A stretch of 64,000 nt of DNA, taken from Barthelona sp. PCE (taxonomy: Eukaryota). The notes under the pieces were generated by a model. It ran no database searches. It was not told the origin of the DNA and saw only the letters and a list, made by a program, of their open reading frames with translations. This document shows positions 19,887-30,856 of this stretch, one piece after another (position 1 is the first letter of the stretch; the number at the start of each line of letters is the position of its first letter). The DNA is taken from positions 372,001 through 436,000 of the forward strand of contig JAUFOR010000003.1 in NCBI GenBank assembly GCA_040285745.1. Direction: 5' to 3'. Position numbers and translations under genes: made by a program.

Positions 19887-22800
19887 AGTAGAATCTGTGG
19901 CTCGGATGGAGTTAGGTGTGTGTGGACCTGGATCAAAATCGCAATCTGAAAATTCATCAATGGTTCCTGAAATTCTATCAGAATACCTATTTAGAGCCTG
20001 CAAATTCCTCATGACTCCTGGGTCCATATCTTCATTGGATCCAAATAATGTTCGTGGGGAATCAAACTTGGATTGCGTGCGAGAAACGTCTATATCAACG
20101 CTTCCTTCGACATCTACATCAGATTCGATTGCACCAACATTGTACACTTCCACACCATCATCAAGAACATGTCTTTCATCCTCTACTTCGATACTATCGA
20201 GATCTTGTATGGGCATAGTTGCAAATGAACGGGTAGCTCGAAGTTTCATACCGTTATTACCGTGATCATGAACCTTTTTCTTACTTTGAAGAGCAGCTTC
20301 TGCAATAGCATAAATACCTCCAACTATGATTGCAATAATAATAAATATGACAACCCAGTTGAGGAACACAATAGAGAAATCATCAGAAGGAAGAAGAGAA
20401 TGTAAGAAATGTACAGTAATAGCAACTAACAAGCCGAAAATCGCACTTAATGTCAAATAATGTTCCTTCTTTTTGACAAATGGACTTGCTGAACCAATGA
20501 AAAACATGAAAATAAGTGCAAAGAACAGAGACATTGTAAACTGAATCTGTTCAATATGTCTAACATAAACATAAATGAGGCCAAGGAGCAGATCTAGAGC
20601 AAAGAACATAACAATAGACCATCCTTTACCCTTAACAAAAGAATCAAAGAAAGTAGATAGACGTAGAACCCATCTTTGCGTTTTAGCAGTTGGATTCTTC
20701 ATGTTTCTGTTATAAAGCACAACCAAGTATATAGGTACACCGATGACAGCAGCTACAATGATAATTGCAAAGAAAACAATTAATAAATGTGATCCCTCGA
20801 AGCACATCATATGTGCGTCAGCGTCTAGTCTCAGACCGTCCTCAAATGACTTACAGTTCAGTGCCTGGAGACATAGTAATGCAAGGTTTGGGTAGATCGA
20901 AGTGAAAACAACTGATGCAGCATAGATGGAACGCTCAATCCATTCAATATATTGAGTTTGATCATTTTCCTTCTTTTTAGCACGTGCAATTCCCAGCATT
21001 ATCAAAATTGGAACAATACCAAGTAAGAAAATGATGAAAAGAGAGCCATAAAAATATGTACTGAATGAAAAATCACCAGCGTTACATTTTTCTTGCACGA
21101 ACTGGTATTCCATAGAGAATGATGATAGGATGGTGAAGACAATCTTAAACAAACCATCAGAATCTTCAAGGATATCACGTGCACCACCAGTAAGGAACTG
21201 AAGATTCAAGAGCACCATAATAATTTCATCTGTGAATGATCGGTTACCATAGATAAGAAGTAGATACAGTGAGCAGAAGAAAATAAGAGCCGTGGCAATT
21301 GTCATATATAGCTCCAGAGATCCACCAGAGCATGATTCACACTCAGAATTGTGTAAGAAATATCCAATCTCACATGATGCGCACATATCTCCTGCGTAAC
21401 CCATAGCACACTGACTGCTTACATTGCCACCAGTACACGCATGTACCAATGGGCAAGCCTTAACGATAGCTGTACCAGGCACAACGTAATATCCAGCATT
21501 TGGTTTGACTACATTACCCTCACACGATGCTCCTGAAGGACACTTAACACAATTATCACCAACCTCGACGTATCCCTCAAGGTTACATTTATCTGTGTAA
21601 TAAATGTATGGGATGAGATCATCAGCAATTCCAAACAGTGAGTTGGATGTATCAGGGTTGACAATTTGAATAGCGTAATTGCCAATCTCGTCCATGGGTG
21701 GTAAAGTACCGTTGATAACAGTTGTGTTACTGTTTACGATGTCAAGAGCGCTGTCGCCAATATAAACACGAACACCTGGTGAAAAGTGCTCTCCCCAAAT
21801 GACAAGAGGATCTGAGCCATTAATATGTGATTTTGTGACACTTGTCCTGTCGATAATGGGCCAGTTTAGATGTTGCAACGAGAAACTTAATGATATACTT
21901 TGTACTGCAGCATAGAAACTGTCGTCACTTTCAGTTACACGAATAGAAACTTGGAAAGCAACATCTCCTGAGTACAAAGTGTCTTTCTGTCCTTGAACAG
22001 CAATAACATAGGGTACATCCCAGTTTGTGTTATCAAATATAATTTCAGAAACATTAACACGGCCAGCATTGGTGTTGTCACTTTCGATAACAACATGTAC
22101 GTCATGGAAAGGCTCAGATGTAAGATGTATTGTGAAAGTGGCCGAAGATCCATATTCCGTGGGACGACCAATGGGCTCAGAATAAATAAATCCAGCAGAA
22201 TCGTCATCAATGATCTTGATATCAACGAATTTCTCAATGGGAGGATCTAATGAATCAGAATAAATTGTAACATTAGAAATGATATCTCCTGTCGTCTTAT
22301 TATTAGGTAGAGCTGTAACATCCACAACTGAACAAAGATTACCACCTGGTGAGAAAGTTACGTTGTCTGGCGAGAAAGAAACATATTCTGCCATATTCGT
22401 TTGCACAAGGAAATTTATGTCACCTGAAGGTGGTGTGTTAATACATAAAGCGATAACTGAGGATATACCAACCTCGCTAACAACACCCTCAGTTGCAATA
22501 TCCACAAATTCACTGGATGTTGAAGGACGAATAACAAGATTCAGCGATGCCTCCAACTGATTAAACTGATTGTCTGTTGAATAAGCAGCCATGCTGATAT
22601 CGTGCTGCTCAAGAGATGTGAGCACCAAATCAGTACTAAGGAAAATGCTGAAGTTATGATAAACGTTCCAGTTCTCGGGATAAATTTCCAATAGAGAAGG
22701 TGCTGTTTGTAAATGAGTTGCCTCAATGACTGGGAAAACAAACACTGTTGCTTTTGGTTTGGCCTTCAGTTTCAAAGAAATTTTGCCACGTTCACTGGGG

Positions 22801-25800
22801 AGAATAAATACATTTTTCGTTGCAATATCAACACCAGCAGCATCATCTTCCTCAACGAAGAAGTTATAAACTTCAGTGACATTTGTGTTAACGGTAGGGT
22901 GCTTGGTGATAAATGTTGTTGTGACTGCGGTACCTAACGAAGGATAATCATCATCAATAATGGTGAATTCAACGTTAACTGCACTTCTAACTGTAGCAGT
23001 TGATGCAACTGTCATTTTTTCATCAGAACTGCTGATATGTACAATTGTATCAACTGTAGGTGCTGGATCGATAGTTAGAGAACATGTAAATGTACCAATA
23101 TGCTCCTTAACTCTAAACTGTCCGTCTACCTTGTTTAATCCATCGCATAACAAAATAATATCAGGGGAATCGTTATCTTTGACAGTTGTATCAACAGCCA
23201 AAGTAAGTCCATCGAAAAATGTATCAGCAGAAAGAGTTGTAATGGTAAGACGAGTCACCAAATCACCAGTAATACTGGAATCTGCAAGACCCCAAACTGT
23301 AAGCGGTATGGTGGTGATGTCTGTACCCTTTGTGATGATTTGAGATGCAGCAGACCAAGAAAATCCAAGAATTCCCAATGAATCTGTAACATGAAGTGAC
23401 ACATCATCGTTTGGTTGTTTAGACAATATAATTCCGATGACAGCATGTGTTCCATCATCATCAGTAACAATGGTAGAAACATTTGCTCGCATGTTAGCTT
23501 CGAAAGCTCCACTGAAAGAATATAATGTCGATGTTAGGTAAGACAATGTAAATGAACAAGATCCGTCCTTGATAGCACGGAAGTGACTGTCCATAACACC
23601 GTTTGTTACTATAACAGACGATGTTCCGACTAAGGCACCACATGTTGTCTTCAGACTGAGAACTCCTGTGAAATCGTTGTCATATATATCATGAATTGTA
23701 CCCGTTAAGTCACATAGACGACCAGCAAGGGAACAACTTGTATCATGTGCAAAAGTTGATGTGGCCACGAAGGGGGTACCACTGGTTACAAGAACAGTCT
23801 TTGTACTAATCTCAGTATTTTGATACTTGAATATAATATCAGTAGATTCAGCATTTTCAAATACAATCTTAAGCTTTAAATCACCCTCTTGAGAGTATTT
23901 TTGCAAAAGAACTCCATCAGAATCTATACTATAGTCATCAGCTTCATAATCTGAGGTAGGGTTATCAAATTCATCATAGAAAGACAAAGAACAAACGATT
24001 TCATCACCAGCAGGAACTGTCGTAGGACAATCAATGACTGTTTTAGAATAATCAGCTCCAGCAGGAACAACAGTCCATTCAATATTACCCAATTTAACGT
24101 TCGATACATACAGCTCAGCGTTATATGAACCAATCTTTGTTCCAACGACACTAAAGTATTGCGTGTTTGTTGATTTGGTACTGTAAGTGTATGAGAAACT
24201 CGCGTCGTTACAGTTAACTGGACAATTAACATTTGATGCGTTAAATTCCAAATTGACAGTTGTTCCACCGCTCACGAGAACATCTCCGACGGCAGTCAGA
24301 AGACCAGCACTGACTTTTGCGGCAGGATACGATGTGATAGCACCTTGACAACCCTTACTAACATCAACACGACGTACAGAGCATGAATCACCATCCCAAC
24401 ATGTGTCACAATCGCACGTTCCACCATCACAAACACCACGTTCGTATTCGCTAAGACAATCACTGGGACAGCCAACGAATTCAAACTTGTGTCTTTCAGA
24501 GTAGAATGTAGCATTTCCAACTTGTAAAATTACCAAACAATAACCTGCAGAAGGAACGTAGAAACCACTATCAAGTGATCCATCTTCTTCAGATGTATAA
24601 CTCATTGACCATGTTGCATCAGAGCAAATAACATTCATACTCATAGTAGCTTGAATTGTGTTATTGAGTTCGTTCCTGAACACACAATCAACATCGTGTG
24701 TTAAAAAGGCTGTTGAACCAACGTTGACATCACATACAGAAGTGTTTGTGTAAACAACATCAGTACCACGATATGGTTGTGGGATATCATACTCAAGAAC
24801 GTTATCGTACAGACACAAACTCATTGTAGTGTTGTAATAACAACCAACGAGTGTGTTACAAGCACTTTCATCAGTCTCAGTTGGACAATCATGGTAAAGA
24901 ACTGGACTAGTTGGACAACTGGCATCAACACTTTGGAACACGAGATTCGACTCAGTCGGATATCGTACGACTCCACCATCGCCCTTTGTCATGTAAATGG
25001 CAAAATGTGAGCAAGTATAACCGTGACTGTCATCAACAACAACCTTGTATACATAACCAGTTGTTGCATCACCATATAATTGTGTAATGTCTTCGATTTT
25101 GTAAAAGTTACCAATATCATCGTACAGTAAAACATAAACTTCCAAAGCGTCAACAATATTGGTAACAAAGAAAATATTCTTGGGTACTGTTGTATGATAG
25201 ACACCAAAAATACCCTTGGGAACTGCACCATCTGCGGAGCCTACGAACGTTGGAATAGCACTACCTTCATATTGACCACCAAATGAGAAATATCCTCGAT
25301 CAACAGAATAAAGGTAATCACGGTAGCTCTCCATCAAAGATGAATCAAAACCACTATCTAAGAATACATTATATATAAACTGCTCACCGGATGTCGCAGC
25401 TACGTTTACGGCAGTGATATTATAAGTTCCAGCAACACCAGACACTTTTTCAACAAAATAATCTGCTTCAAACCCTGAAACTTTGATATCTGTGGGATTC
25501 AGACCAGTGAAATGATCAAACCCTTCATCTGTAAGCCTTTTGCCAGCAATATCAGTGGCCAGTTTCAAAGATGAATCAAAATACATTGGTTCTCTGTTAA
25601 CGTCAGGAAATGATAATGAACTAATTGTACTTGTACTCTCAAAATTAACAACGTACTTTTGATTATTGAGCCTAAAAGCGTTTAAGAAAAACTGACCTTC
25701 CAACTCTTTCTTGGTAGCAATAGCATCAACATCACTTGAAAGAGCGTTGGGGTGAATGAAATTATTCGCCACATCAGAACCTTCAATAGTGTATTCGCTA

Positions 25801-27002
25801 ATGACAACCAGGCGCGGGTCACGTGCAAATTGGGCATGACTCTTATCAGAAACAGTACCTGCGATCAACATAGTGCTTAAATCAGTAACACTCCACTTCT
25901 CGTTTTGTACATATACATCAGGTGTTTTCTGTGCTTCATCACGCCATGTTACAGTTAAAGTGTTTGATGAACCTATTGTAGCCAATGTAGAAACACTGGT
26001 AATCTCAGTAATGAAATCAATATATTCATTCGTACTGGGTGTGTCACGATCAATACATGTTGAAGTATCATGATTGAACATACAAAACGGGTATCTAAGA
26101 CATAACTCCATTGATGCATCATTGTTTGTTCCAACTAAAAGAGAACAATCCTTTTCGAACAACCAAGAGTTAGATGTAGAAAGAGATGATGGTAGCTTAA
26201 GTTTGCCACCAGGTGGAAAATAATGCAACTCTGGGTAAGTGTATGATGCATGAAGATACACTGTACCTGAAAAGTCTGGACGATCACTGTCATATACAAC
26301 AGATTTAGGAGCATCTGACAGTGACAAAGTGGTCAAGGCTGTGCCAAAAGCAGAACCATCAACAAATAATGTTCCTGTTGAAGCATCAGCTTGTGAACCA
26401 AGATTCACTTTAATATCATTACCATCACCTACAACAATGAATCCATAAAGATCATTGTAAGTTGTGTCAAATGGCCAATCAGTCTTTCCAACTATAACAG
26501 TTATTTGAACATTTGATGCGTCCACAACATGGAATTTTGCACCAATGTAAATTTCATCAGTTCCTGTTATATACGACTTGAATGTTACATCTCCGCATAT
26601 AGCAGCGAATAAATCTGGCATGAAATCTGAAGTTGTACCGAATTGATACTCTGTGGCTGTGGTTGTTATCTGAATTGTAACCAAATCAGTGAATGCATCC
26701 AAATTTGTACAACTTGTATGTGAAGCATACCTTTTATGGGCACATTTCGTTAATTCGATATGTGGTATGAATGGATAATCCAGAAAATCATTGTGACATG
26801 CTGAAATGTCAGAATATACTTCTTGAACAACGAAACTTAAAGTTCGTGTTCCTGCAAGCACATGTGTGAGAAGATACGACTCAATATCGCCATTAAAGAT
26901 CTCTCCTCGATAACTTTCATAGTCTTTTAAAGGATATGTGATACAATGTGCTGTGACAGTAGAAACTATCAAAAACAGCAATATTTTTGACCAAGAGTTC
27001 AT
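19872..27002 (-). CDS. Very large cell-surface multi-pass protein (signal peptide, EGF-like, Ig/filamin-like, Calx-beta-like and IPT/TIG repeats, Cys-rich stalk, about 9 TM segments)
   Basis: Signal peptide MNSWSKILLFLIVSTVTA. EGF 'CPSDC...GVCDGGTCDCDTCWDGDSCS'. 'DEFDN/DIYDN' Ig-like units, 'IIDDD' Calx-beta-like ends, IPT 'IWGEHFSPGVRVYIG', Cys-rich 'CAMGYAGDMCASCEIGYF', then a hydrophobic TM bundle. Confidence 0.75.
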   Translation of the reverse strand: MNSWSKILLFLIVSTVTAHCITYPLKDYESYRGEIFNGDIESYLLTHVLAGTRTLSFVVQEVYSDISACHNDFLDYPFIPHIELTKCAHKRYASHTSCTNLDAFTDLVTIQITTTATEYQFGTTSDFMPDLFAAICGDVTFKSYITGTDEIYIGAKFHVVDASNVQITVIVGKTDWPFDTTYNDLYGFIVVGDGNDIKVNLGSQADASTGTLFVDGSAFGTALTTLSLSDAPKSVVYDSDRPDFSGTVYLHASYTYPELHYFPPGGKLKLPSSLSTSNSWLFEKDCSLLVGTNNDASMELCLRYPFCMFNHDTSTCIDRDTPSTNEYIDFITEITSVSTLATIGSSNTLTVTWRDEAQKTPDVYVQNEKWSVTDLSTMLIAGTVSDKSHAQFARDPRLVVISEYTIEGSDVANNFIHPNALSSDVDAIATKKELEGQFFLNAFRLNNQKYVVNFESTSTISSLSFPDVNREPMYFDSSLKLATDIAGKRLTDEGFDHFTGLNPTDIKVSGFEADYFVEKVSGVAGTYNITAVNVAATSGEQFIYNVFLDSGFDSSLMESYRDYLYSVDRGYFSFGGQYEGSAIPTFVGSADGAVPKGIFGVYHTTVPKNIFFVTNIVDALEVYVLLYDDIGNFYKIEDITQLYGDATTGYVYKVVVDDSHGYTCSHFAIYMTKGDGGVVRYPTESNLVFQSVDASCPTSPVLYHDCPTETDESACNTLVGCYYNTTMSLCLYDNVLEYDIPQPYRGTDVVYTNTSVCDVNVGSTAFLTHDVDCVFRNELNNTIQATMSMNVICSDATWSMSYTSEEDGSLDSGFYVPSAGYCLVILQVGNATFYSERHKFEFVGCPSDCLSEYERGVCDGGTCDCDTCWDGDSCSVRRVDVSKGCQGAITSYPAAKVSAGLLTAVGDVLVSGGTTVNLEFNASNVNCPVNCNDASFSYTYSTKSTNTQYFSVVGTKIGSYNAELYVSNVKLGNIEWTVVPAGADYSKTVIDCPTTVPAGDEIVCSLSFYDEFDNPTSDYEADDYSIDSDGVLLQKYSQEGDLKLKIVFENAESTDIIFKYQNTEISTKTVLVTSGTPFVATSTFAHDTSCSLAGRLCDLTGTIHDIYDNDFTGVLSLKTTCGALVGTSSVIVTNGVMDSHFRAIKDGSCSFTLSYLTSTLYSFSGAFEANMRANVSTIVTDDDGTHAVIGIILSKQPNDDVSLHVTDSLGILGFSWSAASQIITKGTDITTIPLTVWGLADSSITGDLVTRLTITTLSADTFFDGLTLAVDTTVKDNDSPDIILLCDGLNKVDGQFRVKEHIGTFTCSLTIDPAPTVDTIVHISSSDEKMTVASTATVRSAVNVEFTIIDDDYPSLGTAVTTTFITKHPTVNTNVTEVYNFFVEEDDAAGVDIATKNVFILPSERGKISLKLKAKPKATVFVFPVIEATHLQTAPSLLEIYPENWNVYHNFSIFLSTDLVLTSLEQHDISMAAYSTDNQFNQLEASLNLVIRPSTSSEFVDIATEGVVSEVGISSVIALCINTPPSGDINFLVQTNMAEYVSFSPDNVTFSPGGNLCSVVDVTALPNNKTTGDIISNVTIYSDSLDPPIEKFVDIKIIDDDSAGFIYSEPIGRPTEYGSSATFTIHLTSEPFHDVHVVIESDNTNAGRVNVSEIIFDNTNWDVPYVIAVQGQKDTLYSGDVAFQVSIRVTESDDSFYAAVQSISLSFSLQHLNWPIIDRTSVTKSHINGSDPLVIWGEHFSPGVRVYIGDSALDIVNSNTTVINGTLPPMDEIGNYAIQIVNPDTSNSLFGIADDLIPYIYYTDKCNLEGYVEVGDNCVKCPSGASCEGNVVKPNAGYYVVPGTAIVKACPLVHACTGGNVSSQCAMGYAGDMCASCEIGYFLHNSECESCSGGSLELYMTIATALIFFCSLYLLLIYGNRSFTDEIIMVLLNLQFLTGGARDILEDSDGLFKIVFTILSSFSMEYQFVQEKCNAGDFSFSTYFYGSLFIIFLLGIVPILIMLGIARAKKKENDQTQYIEWIERSIYAASVVFTSIYPNLALLCLQALNCKSFEDGLRLDADAHMMCFEGSHLLIVFFAIIIVAAVIGVPIYLVVLYNRNMKNPTAKTQRWVLRLSTFFDSFVKGKGWSIVMFFALDLLLGLIYVYVRHIEQIQFTMSLFFALIFMFFIGSASPFVKKKEHYLTLSAIFGLLVAITVHFLHSLLPSDDFSIVFLNWVVIFIIIAIIVGGIYAIAEAALQSKKKVHDHGNNGMKLRATRSFATMPIQDLDSIEVEDERHVLDDGVEVYNVGAIESDVDVEGSVDIDVSRTQSKFDSPRTLFGSNEDMDPGVMRNLQALNRYSDRISGTIDEFSDCDFDPGPHTPNSIRATDSTSKLL

Positions 27003-27605
27003 AAGAGAGGAATAAACACTCAATTAAAGAAAAGAAAGGTGTAAAAAAAGTTTTACAAGATTTGTGTAGTACTACAAGGATTTCCTCTACATTATTGGCA
27101 CTTTGATCCACCGCGACTTCATTACAGGAGAAGAATACGATGATCAGATATAGCACCTGACATTAGAAAAGAGCTAAATAACAGAGTTATGTATGTTGAA
27201 TACTGCTTGATATGCACGGTGACCTATTAAAACAATAATAAAGTATAATAAGTGATTTATAGCTTGGTTACTTTTAACGGGGGTATGTTTCTTTGCACTT
27301 TTTTAAACATTTTATTTTGTACACAGATGCAATTACCCAATATAAAGTGTTTTATATTATTAAAACAAATATTATAGTGTAAAAAATGTCGATACAAAAC
27401 TATACACCAATTATTCACAACTTCTCAATATTTTCAACAATAAAAGTTGCTTAGCTGTATATTTTATTGTGTTTTGAAAAACTATAGACCAAATATTTTA
27501 TGTTGAAACATTATTCACCATTTGCACATATTTGTGCGACAGTAGGCCATAAACTTTTAAATAACTGACGAATTATTTCCTGTTTTCTACATTTTACAAG
27601 CGTAA

Positions 27606-28007
27606 ATGGGCAAATCTTCAAAGAAAAACAAGAAAACACCTCAAATAGCACCATATTTGGATCAAGCAGCCCAAAGAATACAATATTTGGACAGAATATC
27701 CAGAATGGTAGCCAATTTACCAACATTATCACAGTTTTATGGAAGCAGCCTGTACAAAATTCGAAACAAGCATTCAATTCGCCTTCCCAATCAAATGAAG
27801 GCATTGAACTGCAAGCAATGCGGACTTAGCTTGTCGCACATGGGTAATTGTAGCGTAAAATACGATTTCTCAACAGAAACACCAATTGTTCGTTTTAAAT
27901 GCAAAGTCTGTAGTTTTTCTAATATTCTACAGACAAAAAAACTATTTACTGAGAGCAAGGCACACAATACCGATAAGCATAAGAACAACACTGAAGAAAA
28001 AGATTAG
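27606..28007 (+). CDS. RPP21: RNase P/MRP subunit Rpr2/RPP21/SNM1 family
   Basis: 'QRIQYL', 'LSQFYG...KIRNKHSIRL...MKALNCKQCG' and a second CxxC 'FKCKVC'. Confidence 0.8.
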   Translation: MGKSSKKNKKTPQIAPYLDQAAQRIQYLDRISRMVANLPTLSQFYGSSLYKIRNKHSIRLPNQMKALNCKQCGLSLSHMGNCSVKYDFSTETPIVRFKCKVCSFSNILQTKKLFTESKAHNTDKHKNNTEEKD

Positions 28008-28916
28008 AATAGGCTTCAATTTCGTATACTCCTTGAAATATATCATAGACCATAATGTTGTGATAATAATAGGTCCAACACATACCATCTGATAACCGAC
28101 GGTGTTACCTAAAGTGTATGTACTGATGAACCAAAATACACATGCAATAGCCCATCCAATACCGCTATAAAAAGCTGGCATTGCTAATTCTTTTTGAAGT
28201 AACATCTTTTCTTTACGTACAATTGAATATATGACAAAAACAACCATGTTAAATAAAAGGATACCAGAAAATTGTGAAAAGGCATATTCGTAAACAGGTC
28301 TGTCAGAATTTGCTGACCAATGAACAAATGGAATTAGACAAACAGAATAAAAGATACCAGCGATAAATGCAAGGACATTGCCAAGTAGACGAACTGAAGC
28401 AGGTTTCTTTTCCTTTTCTTCAAGGTCTTCAATGAGCTTGAATTCTTCTTCCTTTAGAGCACTATCGGGTTTCACAAAGATAAAAACAATAAGACTGGCT
28501 ACAAGGAATAGGAATCCAGTTACATTAAGAGAAAAAGAAGTTAAAACTGGTTTGACTAACCCAAAAAACCCAAAAGTTCCGTAAATCCATGATCCAATGA
28601 GGTTGGCTGCGCTCCACAGGAAGAAAGCAGATCCGATTCCCGCCCATCGAATTGCGAAAATCGCGAGAAAATTACCACATGCCCAAAAAGATCCTCCAAG
28701 TAACCCAGTTGCGCTAAAAAGTATGGTATCTTCGTTGTACTGCATCAGGAGAGATACAAAACCAACAAGAGCAATACCCATTGACATGAACAGATTGGAG
28801 AAAAATCCATCATCCTTACCTGTGTATCCCAATTGAGCAATTTTAAGAGGCACATAGTTCGATCCGAAAAATATTGAGGCACCTAGCACACTCAAATAAC
28901 CTAATGTGGTTGACAT
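27942..28916 (-). CDS. TMEM144: TMEM144-like (DMT superfamily, sugar-transporter-like) membrane protein
   Basis: 'FFGSNYVPLK', 'DGFF', 'LLGGSFWACGN', 'GTFGFFG', 'SGIGWAIA' and 'GPIIITTLWSMIYFKE', with about 10 TM segments. Confidence 0.8.
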   Translation of the reverse strand: MSTTLGYLSVLGASIFFGSNYVPLKIAQLGYTGKDDGFFSNLFMSMGIALVGFVSLLMQYNEDTILFSATGLLGGSFWACGNFLAIFAIRWAGIGSAFFLWSAANLIGSWIYGTFGFFGLVKPVLTSFSLNVTGFLFLVASLIVFIFVKPDSALKEEEFKLIEDLEEKEKKPASVRLLGNVLAFIAGIFYSVCLIPFVHWSANSDRPVYEYAFSQFSGILLFNMVVFVIYSIVRKEKMLLQKELAMPAFYSGIGWAIACVFWFISTYTLGNTVGYQMVCVGPIIITTLWSMIYFKEYTKLKPILIFFFSVVLMLIGIVCLALSK

Positions 28917-28979
28917 ATTGTTGAAAAAAATTATACACACAAATACAGGATTATGTACTGAATACAATTTATTTATCAT

Positions 28980-30856
28980 TTACTCGCCTTTTTGAATGAA
29001 AAGTTCCAGATCAATGGATACCACAGTAACAACCATGCTATTATTAAGGTTGAAGTTTTTAAGAACTTCAGGATGCAGGGTACCAATTTCACCAATGTGT
29101 ACTTCTTCACCTTCATACTTAACAATGACATGTCCAGAACGACCAGGGAAGAACATAGGATCAGAATGAGGACGAATATAATAATCATTCAAATCAACAC
29201 CAACAGCAATCATAATTCTGTCTAAGAAACCGTGGACTGTTTCGAATCCAGAAGTTAAACCACCAAAAGCAGCGGCAACTTGACGATGATTTCTAGCACC
29301 AGTCTCGTGAGTCTCATCAAGATAGACAACATCACTTACCTCAAATAACTTAACAGGTTTGGGTTTGCTTGAATTGTTTTCAAGTGTCTTGAGCAATCCT
29401 GGCAGAAGGCTGTTACGAACTGTGGCCATATCTTTCTTCTTGAAATCTTTGGTTTTAACGTATAATTGATCTGATTTGATGTTAGTTGAAATATCTTCCT
29501 CACTCAACAGAGAAAATGTTAGAATTTCATTGAATCCTGTGCCAACAAGCTCATAACGGAGCGCTTCACTGAACTGATTGCGATACTGTTGACTACCAGG
29601 AACACCAAGCTTGGGAACCCTCTTGGGGAAGTTATCATACCCATATGAGATAGCTACATCTTCCATAACATCAACAGGATGCAGGATATCAGACCTCCAA
29701 GCGGGAGCAGATACATGCATTGTGTCATTATCATCATCAACTGTAGCAACAATCATCATTTTCTTTAAGAATTCAGCCTGTTCTTGAGCTGAAACCTCGA
29801 ATCCCATCATAGTAGATACGTACTTAGCACTGACATCAAGTGTGACAGGTTTCATATCGGGGTAGTATAGCTCATTATTACCAGTGAAATTCTTAATCTC
29901 ATCAGGAATGACGACTTCTCCAGCTTCATTCTCGTATTCGACCTTCACTCTTTCGAATGTGAAAGGTTCATCACAGTGCATAGAGAAAGCAGAGATGATA
30001 ACGTTCATTACAATACAAGCCTTGGTGTGATCCATAGCAGTACTCTCGATGAAGACATCACGGGTTTCTAATTTGATCTTGGAATGATCACCGTTGATGA
30101 TTGGGGGTAAGCTCAATAAAACACCATTTGAATCATAGATAGATGGATAACGCTCCATTCCTTCGATAATCTCCAGGTAGGGAGCAAGGTATGTTTCCTT
30201 GTAGAAGTCCATCATGGTGACACCAGTAATCTCAACTTCTTGGTTGAGAGGAACGAACTGAATATCCTCAGGCTTACGTGCTTCATAAACGAAGGGTGCT
30301 TTAATTGTAGATAGATCGTGTGTACCAATGGCAACAAGTTTTCTGTCACGACAGATGTTGGCGTGAAGTTTGTCTTGTAAAGCAATGAAAGATGCATAGC
30401 TTTCAGGTGTGAAAGTGACACCACGAAGGATACCACATACAACATAAGGACGTACGTTCTTGACTGTGTGTTTGACACGCATAACTGTGCGTTCTTCAGG
30501 TTCAAGAGCACGTAAAACTGGAGTTTCACTGTTTAAATATGCTTTAAGTGCTAATGCAAGGCCCTCTGTACATAAACAATCATAACGGTTAGCAGGAATC
30601 TCGACTCGATAGATAATACGATCCTCTTGACCGGGTAAAACTTCAATTTCTTCCTCACTCATGCAGGTCTAAATGTAAGCGTCTATCAAATAAATAACTC
30701 ACCTCACGCGCAGCATGTAGCGGTATGGACAGTAGGACATACAACTTTATCAACTTCAAAACCGAAGCAGATAATCAGATCGGAGAATTCATCGTCTGTG
30801 AACTGAACCCCAAGCAGTTCGAAAATATCGTCTTTGTAGACACTAATGGTAGGCAT
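28980..30856 (-). CDS. FARSB: Phenylalanine--tRNA ligase beta subunit (eukaryotic cytosolic type), two exons 30856-30743 and 30668-28980
   Basis: Spliced MPTISVYKDDIFELLG...FGFEVDKV|TCMSEEE...EIPANRYDCLCTEGL. Also 'LQDKLHANICRDRKLVAIGTHD', 'RSDILHPVDVMEDVAISYGY' and 'VRNSLLPGLLKT'. Confidence 0.95.
30669..30742 (-). other. 74-nt spliceosomal intron in FARSB, with an internal second donor
   Basis: GTATGT...GAG/GTGAGT...GCTTACATTTAG, phase 0. Removal restores the conserved N-terminus. Confidence 0.85.
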
